Positions 1 to 10,561 of a stretch of 64,000 nucleotides of DNA are shown here, piece after piece. The translations under genes and the position numbers were made by a program. The DNA is taken from NCBI GenBank assembly GCA_963842945.1, contig CAWJIM010000024.1:320001-384000 (forward strand), in the 5' to 3' direction. A model generated the notes under the pieces. That model searched no databases and was not told the origin of the DNA. It worked only from the letters and a program-made list of their open reading frames with translations. Position 1 is the stretch's first letter, and every line of letters starts with the position of its first letter. The DNA comes from an uncultured Gemmatimonadales bacterium. GTDB taxonomy: Bacteria; Gemmatimonadota; Gemmatimonadetes; Gemmatimonadales; GWC2-71-9.

Positions 1-120
1 AGCAACAAAAATACGAGTCGCACTGACAACCTCGACTTGCAGCTGAATCTGGTAGGGTTCCCCACCCTGCCTGCCGGCTCGTACACCGGCGTGCTCAACC
101 TTCGGGTGATTACCCAGTGA
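1..120 (+). CDS. C-terminus of a probable chaperone-usher-type pilin subunit (5' truncated)
   Basis: Frame 1 reads SNKNTSRTDNLDLQLNLVGFPTLPAGSYTGVLNLRVITQ*. The terminal G-x-Y-x-G plus alternating-hydrophobic strand resembles Csu/CS1 pilins; the stop overlaps the next start (GTGA). Confidence 0.55.
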   Translation, partial: SNKNTSRTDNLDLQLNLVGFPTLPAGSYTGVLNLRVITQ

Positions 121-874
121 AGCCCGACAGCCGAACAGCCTGGCTGAGTCTGGTGGTCCTCTGCGGGGCCTTCCTGCCGCTCCGGCCGATCGTGGCGCAG
201 TCGGTGAGTCCGCCCATCGCTGAGTATCAGGAACGAGCCCGCTCCAGCTTCCAACTCAAGAATGCGTCGATTTTCCCCCTCAGCGTCGTGCTCGAAGTGC
301 GCGGCTTCCGCATCTCCGAAGCGGGCGACGTGATCGACGTTCCGCTCGATACCAGCCATATCCACGTGAAGCTTTCGGAGATGAGCTTTCGGCTCCCTCC
401 GAAGGGAAGCCGGACGGTTTTTTACGAGGCCACAGCGACAGTCTTCCCGCCTGGTTCACGATCCTGAGTGCAATGACGGGAGCGCGAACGGATAACGGGC
501 TGAACGTCCGCATTCTTCTGCCTCACGTGGTCTATCTGAATCAGAAGCAACCGCTCCGAAAGGAAGAGGTTGTGATTCGCCGGTTCGAGCAGGATCCCGG
601 CACGAACAAGGTCCGGGTCCAGCTGGAGAATCTGGGGCCTCACCTGGGCCGGGTTCATCAACTGACCGTGAGTACTCACGACAAGGTCGGACAACCGGGT
701 GGCGGGTTCCCCCTCATGCCTCACAGCCGTCGTTGGGCCGAGCTCGAGTGGGATAGTCCGGCTCAGCCGATGCGCTTGAGCATCCGCTTCGCCCGTTTCA
801 CCGTCGATACAGTCCTGACGCCCGTAGCGGCGTCGCTCGCCGCCGATTCGAGCGCGAGCGCTCTCCGGCCGTGA
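117..874 (+). CDS. Periplasmic pilus chaperone-like (PapD-like Ig) protein, frameshifted near 440-470
   Basis: Signal peptide (..PIVA-Q) then SVSPP, LKN..PL, SFRLPPKGSRTVFY; the second ORF 473..874 has VQLENLGPHLGRV, similar to chaperone domain 2. Confidence 0.55.
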
Positions 875-2515
875 CCCGCTCGGTCCGCCAATCCCGATTG
901 GCGGGGAAGGCCATCCTTGCCGCGGTTCTGCTGTTCTTTCCCGCCATCATCGCTCAGGCTCAGACGGTAGTTGAGATGCAGGGTGGCGGCTCCTCGCTCT
1001 CGGGCGGCTACGGAGCAACCGCCAACTTCTGGCGATCCGGGGTGGACGGCTGGGTGGGGTTGGGATATCTGGACGGCTTTCGCGCGGGCGCTTTCCTGAG
1101 AAAGGCCGCCGGCCATGGCGACACCCTCGGGTGTCGGTAACAGCGCGCTGGTCGTGCGGCTTCCCACCGACATCTTCACTCCAGGATACAATCTGCTGGT
1201 CCAGGGACTCAGCTACGCAGGCGGAAATCGAGCGGACCTCCTACCTGGTCTTCGGCGGTGCCAGCTCGGCGGGAGTCGGAGCACCGGCCTTCCAGCCGAC
1301 CAACATCGAGCAGCCAATGGGCGCCGTGTTTCTACGGCACTCCGTCAAGCCCAACCTCTATCTCACCACCAGCGCCATCTTTGCTCGTCAGCAGACGGTC
1401 CTCCCGGGTGATCGAATGGCAGCCCTCTCCCGATCTCACGACCGGCTTCGTGATCGGGATGGGTTCCGATCGCCCCTACGCCGCGTCCAGTGTGTCCGTC
1501 CGCGAGGGCCGGGTCGGGCTGATGGGCTCCTATGTTTGGAATCCGGATCGGTTCAGGAGAGCGCCGGTTCCGACCCCGAATCAGACCGAGGTAGACCGGG
1601 AAAACCTGACCTTTACCTACGATCTCAGTCCCGAGTTCTCCGTCGGATTCGCCCGGCAAAACTTCGTGCAGGATTCGGCGGATGCCCAGCCCCCGATACG
1701 CGCCGTGGGAAACACCGTGTTCGCTGGAGGTCGCTGGCGTGAGCTGCGGCTGACGGCAGGCGTGTATCACTCAGAGTCTCAGGATATCTCCAATCTCAGC
1801 TCGTACCTTGCGGTGGGACGCGAGCTGACTCGCTGGCTCGACGCCGAGATGTTTCTCCTGCAAAGTCGCCCGGAAGGACAGCCTACGGTTACTACTCCGC
1901 TGGCAAACCTCAGGTGGCGTCTGTCCCCCCATTTCGGGTTAAGCCAGCAGATCGTCTTTCACCATGGAGAGCCGACGGTGCTGTGCGGCGCCAGCCTCAG
2001 GACCAGCTTCGGAGAGTTTGGGCTGGACTATCAGATCGTGCATCAGCCGCTCCAGCCGTTGAGCCCCTTCCGCAGCGCCTTGAATCTGACCGCGCGGCTG
2101 CAGCTGGGAAGCTACTCGACCAATCTCGGCACCTACGTCCGGCCCGGATGGAACAGTGGATTACTCCGCCTCGGGGAGCACGTTCCTGTACATGGGAAGC
2201 TTTGGCGGAATCCAGCCGCAGCAGATTGGTGGGGCCATGGCTCGGTACGTGGTTCAGGGCACCGTTCGCGATGAGTCAGGCAATCCGGTCGAAGGCGCTG
2301 CGGTGAAGCTGAATGATGGGGTGGTGTATACCAACTCAGCTGGGAGAGTTCTTTCTCCGGGTTAAGCACCCGGAGCACTACACACTGGCAGTGGCGACCG
2401 AGGATTTCCTGCTGCCCGGGACGCTGGGAAGTGGTAAGCGCTCCAACTACGGTGGTGGCAAGGCAATGAGAAGCAAGTCAGCCCAGTCGTGATCGTGCTC
2501 CGCCGCACGCCCTGA
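871..2515 (+). CDS. Usher-like outer membrane beta-barrel with C-terminal carboxypeptidase-regulatory-like domain, multiply frameshifted
   Basis: Signal peptide (AQA-Q); amphipathic beta-strands across ORFs 871-2274; C-terminal VQGTVRDESGNPVEGAAVKLN..TNSAG module; follows pilin and chaperone. Confidence 0.5.
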
Positions 2516-2521
2516 CCTGCG

Positions 2522-2987
2522 TCACTTCACGTCCAACAGCTCGACGTCGAACACCAGCGTTGCGCCGGGTGGGATGTCTGGTGGAGCACCGGCGGTTCCA
2601 TACCCGAGATCCGGCGGAATGACGAGCTTGCGACGCCCGCCGACCTTCATGCCGGCTACGCCTTCATCCCACCCGGCAATAACCTGCCCGGCGCCGAGGG
2701 CAAATCCGAAGGGCTGGTTGCGGTCTCGGCTGCTGTCGAACTTCTCTCCATTGGGCAGCCAGCCGGTGTAGTGCACCGATACGGTTTTCCCCGCCGTTGC
2801 GGTTGTACCGCTCCCGACCGCCACATCCTGGTACCGTAATCCGGAGGGCGTCCTGGTCATGGCGGTGGTATCTACGCCGAGAGCAGCACTGAAGCCGCCG
2901 GCGGCAGGCGGCGCGCTCACGATCCGCCTTGCCGGTGCAAGCGGCCAGGGCGAGTAGTACCAACACGGGCACTTTGTTCGGTTTCAT
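2522..2987 (-). CDS. FKBP-type peptidyl-prolyl isomerase (lipoprotein), frameshift near 2920
   Basis: [41 protein letters not shown]-terminal [17 protein letters not shown] lipobox in the adjacent frame. Confidence 0.93.
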
Positions 2988-3042
2988 TTGGGATCCTGGG
3001 CCTGAATGCGCGAATGGCCGCCAGCTTGAGCGGCCCTTCCAA

Positions 3043-3116
3043 TCGGGACGGCGGGATTTGAACCCGCGACCCCTGCAACCCCATTGCAGTGCGCTACCGG
3101 ACTGCGCCACGTCCCG
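3043..3116 (-). tRNA. tRNA-Pro(GGG)
   Basis: Reverse complement CGGGACG acceptor stem, CTGCA-ATGGGGT-TGCAG anticodon arm, GGTTCAAATCC T-loop; no encoded CCA. Confidence 0.96.
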
Positions 3117-3375
3117 AGACTGATCGAAGAGGCGGAATTGTAGCCCCAGCACTTCGGCCACGCTACCCCTCCTGTGACCCGAACATGCCCTCAGCCGAAC
3201 GGTACTTCGGCGGTCGCTTTCTTCAGCTCCCACTCCATAGTTAGCCACCGACAGCCCCACGGCGGCCCGCGACTTGCGATTACGGCCCGATACGGCAAAA
3301 AACCGGGCTCCCCAGCCCGGCATTTCGTGGTATGGTGCCGCATGGTGCGGCGCCAAGCGGCAGCGGAGGAGCCCA

Positions 3376-3549
3376 ATGAGCCATCAGGACGAGCGGCCGT
3401 GGGAAACTGGTGGAGACCTTCCCTGGGAGAGCTCGGAGGACGAGGATCAGACCGACCACACCTGGCGGGGAGATCTTCACTTCGACGATTGGCCGGAGAA
3501 TCTGGCTGGACCCGAGTACTGGCTCTACAAGAAACAGCGCGATGAGTAG
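3376..3549 (+). CDS. Small acidic Trp-rich hypothetical protein (57 aa)
   Basis: GGAGGAG RBS before ATG 3376; MSHQDERPWETGGDLPWE..WRGDLHFDDWPENLAGPEYWLYKKQRDE; followed by a terminator. Confidence 0.7.
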   Translation: MSHQDERPWETGGDLPWESSEDEDQTDHTWRGDLHFDDWPENLAGPEYWLYKKQRDE

Positions 3550-3565
3550 CGCGAGAGCGTACCGG

Positions 3566-3604
3566 TGAGAGGGGCCGAACGGTGTTCGGCCCCTCTCAGT
3601 TTTC
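3566..3604 (+). terminator. Intrinsic terminator
   Basis: Perfect 15-bp stem TGAGAGGGGCCGAAC/GTTCGGCCCCTCTCA followed by GTTTTC. Confidence 0.8.
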
Positions 3605-3695
3605 AGACCTCAATAGACGCTAATCCCTCGCCGATAGTCCCCGCATGCGATAATACCCTTCGGTAAATCTTTGGTATTACGCGACTTAGACCCTG

Positions 3696-3723
3696 TTGAC
3701 CTGAGCTAAGTCATTGCTATTTT
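3696..3723 (+). promoter_or_regulatory. Probable sigma70 promoter
   Basis: TTGACC-16 nt-TATTTT with TG extended -10, in an AT-rich intergenic stretch. Confidence 0.5.
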
Positions 3724-3841
3724 TCAGCTTACCTGGTGGAACCAGTACGGGCCCGAGATGGTTTAAACCCTCGTGTCGGTGCCAGGAATGAGACTCGGAG
3801 GGCTGGCCGAGCCGGCCCATTTCAATGAATCGGAGATCGGA

Positions 3842-4883
3842 ATGTCAGACACGATGGAGCAGGCTGAGGCTACCGCCCAGCCGAAAGCGTGGGACCCGTT
3901 TCAGCTGATGGACCGAATGGATGAGGAGGCGCTCCGCCGGGAACTGGAGGGGGTGGCCAGCACCGACCTGGTCTATGTGGTGCGGGAGGGAGGACAGGAA
4001 GTCGTTGGGCTCTCCAAGACCGGAGTCGACGAATGTTGCATGGCGCTGGTCTCCCAGGGTCAGGTCATTCGGGAGGAAGATCTCCAGTACGAGTTGATCG
4101 GCGAGGGCGAGGCACGGGAGGCGCTCTTCAAGGTCAAGGCCGCGCGGTTTGCGGTTTCACCCTCGGGCCAGGACGTCCGTCTCGATCAGGTGATCGGGGT
4201 CAAGCGTCAGGCCCTCTACTATGAGGCCGTTCCGCTGGACCTGGATGCCAAGGTTCCCAGCAGGAAATATCGGGGCAAGACCTATCGCGACCTCCTCGAG
4301 CAGCGAGGAAGGCCGGGACTATTTGGGCTGGATGGCGGAGAACTTCAACGAGCCGGAGATCCGGGAATTCGTTCGGAAAATTCTCGCCGGTGAGGACGTG
4401 GTTGCTCGCCGAGGGCCCCAGCTCAATCCACACTGGTATGAGCACGGCGCCATGAAGGCGGCGCGAAATGCGCGGTTTCGTCTGATTCCAGGCAACGTGC
4501 GCGCTCAGGTAATGGCAACGGCGCGCCAATCGGGACAAACCCGGGTCGTCGAGGCGCAGCCGGGTACCATCCCCAGTGCTGCCCGGGCATTTCCGCTTCC
4601 GGCGAGCGTGGCTGCTCGCAGTGAGGTGCTTGCCCCTACCGGTCGGATAAGCGACCGGACTGAGGCGGTAGGGCGGCCGGGTCCCTATGCGCCCACCGAA
4701 AAACAGGTGGCGTTCTACCAGCGGCTGGCCGCTTCGCCGGTGTTCAGTGAGGAAGAGCGTGAGCGTGCGCTCGATTGGCTCGCGACCAAGGCCACTCGGC
4801 AGACGATCAAGGACCAGATCGACTGGCTCAAGCGCCAGGTGGAAACCCGCAAGCCCAGGACGGCCGGCGAGTCGGCAGCGTAG
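3842..4883 (+). CDS. Hypothetical protein, possibly ssDNA-annealing (Rad52/RecT-like), frameshift near 4300
   Basis: GGAGA RBS; joined ORFs 3773..4393 and 4221..4883. Motifs GLSKTGV, KAARNARFRLIP, an inserted KYRGKTY..DYLGW module and a C-terminal PTEKQ helical module. Confidence 0.45.
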
Positions 4884-4900
4884 GGCTCGGCAGTGAAAGA

Positions 4901-4941
4901 GAAGGGTGAAAGAGCGAGGAATCTTTCACCCTTCATTTTTT
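4901..4941 (+). terminator. Intrinsic terminator between convergent genes
   Basis: GAAGGGTGAAAGA/TCTTTCACCCTTC stem followed by ATTTTTT. Confidence 0.8.
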
Positions 4942-5850
4942 ATGCTTATGTCCTCGCGGACTGCCAGCGCCACGCCCGAAATGATCGCGCTTCCACCCAG
5001 CGCGGTGTGCCACCCAATCGACTCTCCCCCGAAGGCGACTCCCACCAGCACTGCAATCAGCGGAGTGACCAGGGGAATCATGAGCACGCCGGTAACCGCT
5101 GGTATGGCGGATAAGCCAGTAGTACATCAAAAAAGCGATCACCGAGCCCAGAATGGTGAGATACGCCAGCGCTCCAAGCGCCATTGGCGTCCAGCGGAAG
5201 GCCAGCGGGCTTCCCTCGAGCAGCATGCCACCTATCAGGAGGGGCAAGCATCCGCCCAACATCTGGGTTCCCGCCAGCACCGCCGGCTCGATGTGGGTCC
5301 CCCGGGCTTTGACCAGCACACTGGCGTGAGCGGTGGCCAATGCCGCCACGATGATGCCGGCACTGGCGGCAAACGCCTGCGGACCTCCTGTGCCAAGCTC
5401 GCCGGAGAACACCACCGCCACGCCGAGCAAACCCAGCAGGACACCGACGATCTTTCGTCGGGTAAGCGGCTCCGCACGCAGATACCGGTGGGCCAGAGGA
5501 AGCCCGAAGAGCGGCACCGTAGCACTCAGCAGCGCAGCCAGAGCCGGACGAGATGTACTGCTCGCCCCAAAAGACCAGCGCATAGTTCACCGTGATGCTG
5601 AGGAATCCGGTATAGGCCAGCAGGCCCCATTCTCCAGCTGAGCGGGCAGCCGAATCCGCTGGATCACGCACGATCCCGCCCAGCAACACCGCCGCAAGGG
5701 CGAATCGAATTCCCGCAAAGGTGAGCGGCGGCAGGTCTCGGAGTCCGAGCTTGATGGCCAGCCAGGTGGAGCCCCAGATCCCAGCCAGGGCAAGCCAGAG
5801 AATGAGAGCTATTCGCCGACGAGGTCGGATCCTTCCGACGATCGCCGGAT
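4925..5850 (-). CDS. EamA/DMT family transporter, frameshifted; ends approximate
   Basis: IWGSTWLAIKLGLRDLPPLTFAGIRF, YALVFWGEQYISSG, LGSVIAFLMYYWLI across several frames. Confidence 0.85.
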
Positions 5851-5940
5851 CGACTCTCGGGCGGACCCAGGTTTGGCAGGCCGCTCCTTCGAGGTTTGCG
5901 GATGTCGGAAGCAGGCACGGCCCTCCTAACCGGGGTGATG

Positions 5941-5989
5941 TGACACAATATCAATGTTGACACAATTCGTGTCAAATAACAGATTGTCA
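5941..5989. promoter_or_regulatory. Probable MocR-family operator
   Basis: TGACACAAT direct repeat (5941, 5958) plus inverted copies GTGTCA (5969) and ATTGTCA (5983), lying between the divergent EamA and MocR genes. Confidence 0.6.
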
Positions 5990-5991
5990 CT

Positions 5992-7381
5992 ATGACAAGT
6001 TGGACTCCAGAGCTCGATCCGGCAGCTGAGCCCAAGTACCTCGCCCTGGTTGAGGCCCTGCACCGTGACGTGGAGGGCGGGCGGCTGCCTCCAGGAACCC
6101 GTCTTCCCACCCAACGGCAATTGGCCAATCGCCTGCGCATTGCCATCGGAACCGTGAGCCGGGCTTACACCGTCGCCGAGCAGCGTGGGATCGTGAGAGG
6201 AGAGGTGGGACGGGGAACATTCGTTCGGAGGGAGGATCCCAGCTATCGGGAAGGGGCGGATGAAAGCGAAGATGCCGGGCTGATCGACCTGAGCCGGGGA
6301 AGGCTGGTGCGACCGTCCGACGATCCGACGCTCGCCCAAACCTTGAAGCTGTTGTCGCAGAGAAGGGACCTGCACCAGCTAGTGGACATCTATCAGCCGC
6401 CCCACGGGATGGCGCGGCACCGTGCCGCGGCGGCCGCCTGGCTAAAGCGATGGGGACTCGAAGCTGAGCCCGAGAGAGTCGTGATCACCAGCGGCGCACA
6501 GCATGGGGCCGCGGTGCTGCTGGCTTCCATGGCGCGGCCCGGCGATCTGATCCTCGACTGAGGAGGTGACCTATTCCGGCATAACTGCGCTGGCACGCTT
6601 GCTTCAGCTTCGGGTGCAGGGGCTTCGGATGGACCAGGATGGCCTGCTGCCCGCCGAGTTGGAGGCCGCATGCCAGTCCAGTTCTCCCCGCGCGCTCTTC
6701 TGCATGCCTACCCTGCAGAATCCAACCGGACGGACGATGCCGCTGCAGCGGAGACGGGAGATCGCGGACATCATCCAGCGCCACCGCCTGACGGTCCTGG
6801 AGGACGACGTCAACGGATTCTTGCCGGCGGAGCCATTGCCGCCGATCGCCGCATTAGCCCCGGACCACACGTTCTACATCACCGGCACGTCGAAGAGCCT
6901 CGCCCCAGGGCTCAGGATTGGATACGTCGTGTCGCCGGCCGCCGAGATGCAGCGGGTAAGCGCGACCATGCAGGCCACCACCTGGTTCACCGCGCCGCTC
7001 ATGGCCGAGATCGTCACCCAGTGGATCGAGACTGGCCGGGCCGACGAAATGGCGGAGTGGAAGCGGGTGGAAACAGCCGCGCGGCATCGGCTGGCGCGGC
7101 AGATCCTGGGGCCGTGGCTGCCGGCGTCAGGCCCGGTCAGCTTTCATCTCTGGATGCAGCTGCCGGAGCCCTGGCGCGCCGAGAATTTTGTGTCGCAGGC
7201 CCGCGCGCGGGGGGTCGTGGTCAATTCGCCCGACGAGTTCCTGGTCGGCCGGGAAACCGCTCCCCATGCTGTGCGAGTTTGCCTGGGCGGCGGCATGAGC
7301 CGGGCAAGACTGGAAGACGGACTCAAACGACTGGCCGAGCTGCTGCGGACGCCGCCAGGGCTGAGTGCGATTGTTTACTAG
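5992..7381 (+). CDS. MocR/GntR-family PLP-dependent transcriptional regulator, frameshift near 6560
   Basis: GntR wHTH (RLPTQRQLA..GTVSRAY..GRGTFV) plus aminotransferase domain (TSGAQ, LQNPTG, EDD, SKSLAPGLRIGY). Confidence 0.93.
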
Positions 7382-8629
7382 TCGCCTGGAACAAGCTCTC
7401 GCAGCCGCCGAAGCTCGGGCACCTTCAGCTGCCGTCGTCGCCACTACCAGCAACGTAGCCAACCCCCCGAACACCACAGACGGCACCGTGCCGATCAGGC
7501 GAGCCGCGGTGCCGGATTCAAAGGCGCCGAGCTCGTTCGAGCTGCCGATGAAAATGGCATTCACCGATGCCACTCGGCCCAGCAGATGGTCGGGGGTCAT
7601 TACCTGCAGCAGGGTGGACCGAACCACCACGCTGACGGTGTCGGCCATGCCACTCAGGGCCAGGAGGGCCGTGGAAAGATAGAAGTCGCGGGACAGCCCG
7701 AACCCGATCATGGCCAGTCCGAACAGAGCCACGCTGACGAACAGGGTGCGTCCGGCGCGTTGAAGCGGGGGCCGGTGAGCCAGGACCAGGGACATCAGGA
7801 CCGCGCCGACGGCAGGTGCCGCTCGCAGGATTCCAAGCCCCTCAGGGCCGACATGGAGAATCTCCGCGGCAAAAACAGGAAGCAGGGCGACGGCACCGCC
7901 AAACAACACCGAGAATAAGTCGAGGGTGAGTGCGCCGAGCACCACCGGCTGGCCCCGGACGAACCGGATCCCGGTTGCCAAACTCTGAAGAAACGACTCG
8001 TCCGCTGGTGCGCTGCGAGTCGGGGCGTGCCGCAGCCGTGCCAGAGCCAGCAGAGCCACTCCCATCAGTGCGGCGTCAACACCGTAGGCAGCCCGTGCAC
8101 TGCCAAATCCGTAGACCAAACCGCCCACCGCCGGACCGACCACCTCGGCCAGCTGCCAGGTGGAGCTGCGCCAGGTGACCGCGTTGGGGTAGAGGTCCCG
8201 TGGTACCAGCTCCGCTCCCAGGGCTGTACGGGCCGGCTGCAGAAAGCTCCGGGCGATTCCGCTACAGAAGATGACGAAATAGATCGGCCAGACCCTGCCT
8301 GACCTGATAAGGTCGGGCCGGAGGGTGAAGCCGAACAGGCTCAGCGAACAAACCAGTAGGACCGCCAGGGCGATCAGAGAGACGCGCAGCCGTGGGATTC
8401 GGTCGGCCACGTGGCCCGCGAACAGGGCGAATCCGATAAACGGCACGGCCTCTGCCAAACCGATCAGACCCAGTGAGAGTGGATCGCGCGTCAGCTCGTA
8501 GATCTGCCAGGACACCACGACCGCCTGAATCTGGGTGGCGACGGTCATCGCCAGCATGCTGTAGATGAACCAACGGAAGTTGAGGATGCGAAGCGCGGCG
8601 TAGGGATCGTGGCGGGTGGGTTGGCCCAT
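7378..8629 (-). CDS. MFS transporter (EntS/DHA3-like); C-terminus affected by an indel
   Basis: About 12 TM segments, AGHVADRIPR motif A, LTLDLFSVLFGG, GSSNELGAFESG. Confidence 0.88.
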
Positions 8630-8818
8630 GCGCGGCGGAAGCTAGCTGCGTTTTGCCGAGGCACAAAGACTTTTGCCGGACCGCGCATGCCCTCGCTGAG
8701 CTGGGGGGATTCCTAAGTCATTACCTGCAAAGCCTTGTGGCATTCAAAGTTGCCCGGCCCGTTTTGTGCAGCTAGCCCCGCTCGGCAGTACAACTCCCGC
8801 ACTCAATCCCTGGCAGGC

Positions 8819-10324
8819 ATGAAGCGGCTGATTCTCTGGACCAATCTTCTGGCCCTTGCCGCGTGCGCGCGTGCAATTCCGCCGGCTCCTCACGGCATCG
8901 CTCCAGTCTCCGCCATTCCCGGAGTTCGCGCTCCATACCTGGAGCGTGCCGCCCCGCGCGAGATCGCTGCGGATTCGAGCGTCAACGATCTCGCTGACGC
9001 ACAGCCGGATGCCGCGGGTGTTCCCGAGTTCCTCCCTGACGATGTCCGGTGGGACATCGACGTCAGGAGCTTCGCCAATCATCCCCGGGTCCAGTACTAC
9101 CTCAACTACTTCCAGGGCATCTCCCGCACCGGCCTGAGCGTCTTTCTGGCCCGCGGTGCCCGTTATGAGTCCATGATTCGCCGGCGGTTCGAGGAGGAAG
9201 GTCTTCCCGGCGACCTGGGATATCTCGCATTGATCGAGAGCGGCTACTCCAACGAGGCAGTGAGCCGCTCACACGCGGTGGGGATGTGGCAGTTCATGAA
9301 GGGAACCGCTCGGGGCTACGGCATGCGGGTAGATACCTGGGTGGACGAGCGCCGGGACCCGGTAAAAGCCACCGAGGCCGCAGCCCGGTATCTGCATCAT
9401 CTGCGGGATCGCTTCGGCTCCTTGTACCTGGCCGCAGCGGCTTATAACGCCGGCGCGGGCAAACTGTCCCGGAGCCTGGGCAAGCTTCAGTGGGAAGCCT
9501 CAGCTGACAGCAGCGACGCCGAGGGCGAGGCCCTGGAGGAAGACGACTCCGATGCGGAGGCCGCCGCGGATGAAATTGAGAGCACGCTCGACAGCACCGA
9601 CGTCACGAGCGATGCGGCCTTCTTCCGGTTGGCCAGCACCGACCTCCTGGCCACTGAGACTCAGGATTACGTCCCCAAACTGATCGCCGCCGCCGTGGTG
9701 GCCAAGCAGCCGGAGCGCTACGGCATTGCTCCGTCTGAAGTGGCGCCCTTTGCCTACGACTCGGTGGTCGTGAATGGGGTGACTGGGCTGGACGTGATTG
9801 CCCGTCTCGCCGAAGTAAGCCCGGAAGAGATCCGGGACCTCAATCCGCAGTATCTCCGGTTCGCCACGCCTCCCCACACCCACTCCGTGGTTCGGCTGCC
9901 GCCTGGCGCTGGTGAGAACGTGGCGGAAGCCTACGAGAAACTGCCCGCTTCCAAGCGGGTCCACTTTCTGACCCACGTGGTGCGCCGGGGCGAGCGACTG
10001 AGCAGCATCGCCGCGCGCTATCACCTTCCGGTGGCCGAGGTTCGCGGCGCAAACCCGAGAGCGCGAACGGCGCGGCTGAAGAGTGGTACCCGGCTGGTGA
10101 TCCCCACGGTTGCCGTACCGTCGGCGCTGGCCATACGCGCGGCGAACGGCCCCGCCTTCAGCCGGCATCAAGCTCGCATCGCCACCCATCGGGTCCGCTC
10201 AGGCGAGACCCTGATCGGGATTGCCCGGCGATATCGGGTTTCACTTCGCGCGCTCCGCCGGATCAACGCTCTGCCCGTCGAGTACACGCTGCAGGCCGGG
10301 AAGCGGCTGCGGATTCCCAGTTAA
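8819..10324 (+). CDS. mltD: Membrane-bound lytic transglycosylase D-like lipoprotein with LysM domains
   Basis: Lipobox LAAC; LALIESGY, AVGMWQFM, DERRDP, AYNAG, ETQDYVPK; two C-terminal LysM domains (HVVRRGE, HRVRSGETL). Confidence 0.9.
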   Translation: MKRLILWTNLLALAACARAIPPAPHGIAPVSAIPGVRAPYLERAAPREIAADSSVNDLADAQPDAAGVPEFLPDDVRWDIDVRSFANHPRVQYYLNYFQGISRTGLSVFLARGARYESMIRRRFEEEGLPGDLGYLALIESGYSNEAVSRSHAVGMWQFMKGTARGYGMRVDTWVDERRDPVKATEAAARYLHHLRDRFGSLYLAAAAYNAGAGKLSRSLGKLQWEASADSSDAEGEALEEDDSDAEAAADEIESTLDSTDVTSDAAFFRLASTDLLATETQDYVPKLIAAAVVAKQPERYGIAPSEVAPFAYDSVVVNGVTGLDVIARLAEVSPEEIRDLNPQYLRFATPPHTHSVVRLPPGAGENVAEAYEKLPASKRVHFLTHVVRRGERLSSIAARYHLPVAEVRGANPRARTARLKSGTRLVIPTVAVPSALAIRAANGPAFSRHQARIATHRVRSGETLIGIARRYRVSLRALRRINALPVEYTLQAGKRLRIPS

Positions 10325-10351
10325 CTCAACCCCCACCTCAGACTCCGGGAA

Positions 10352-10561
10352 GTGACCGTGTCTGCCGAAACCTCGACCCCCAGCGCCTCCATACCGGCTG
10401 CGAATCCGAACGGGTTCGCTCGGACGGCGATGGCGATTTTTGCCACCATGGTTCTGCTCATCGTTGCCCTTACCGGGATTCTGGTGGAGACAACGTGGCG
10501 TGAGCCTTCCAGCTCCATCGAGGTGGCCCCACCCGATCCGGGGAGCGTCGCCCGCCGTTGA
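10352..10561 (+). CDS. Small single-TM hypothetical protein
   Basis: 69-aa ORF with one hydrophobic helix; stop overlaps the next start. Confidence 0.45.
   Translation: MTVSAETSTPSASIPAANPNGFARTAMAIFATMVLLIVALTGILVETTWREPSSSIEVAPPDPGSVARR

Noticed and set aside
6540..6580. Programmed frameshift or split in the MocR regulator
   Set aside because: No slippery site or stimulatory structure; indistinguishable from the window-wide indel noise.
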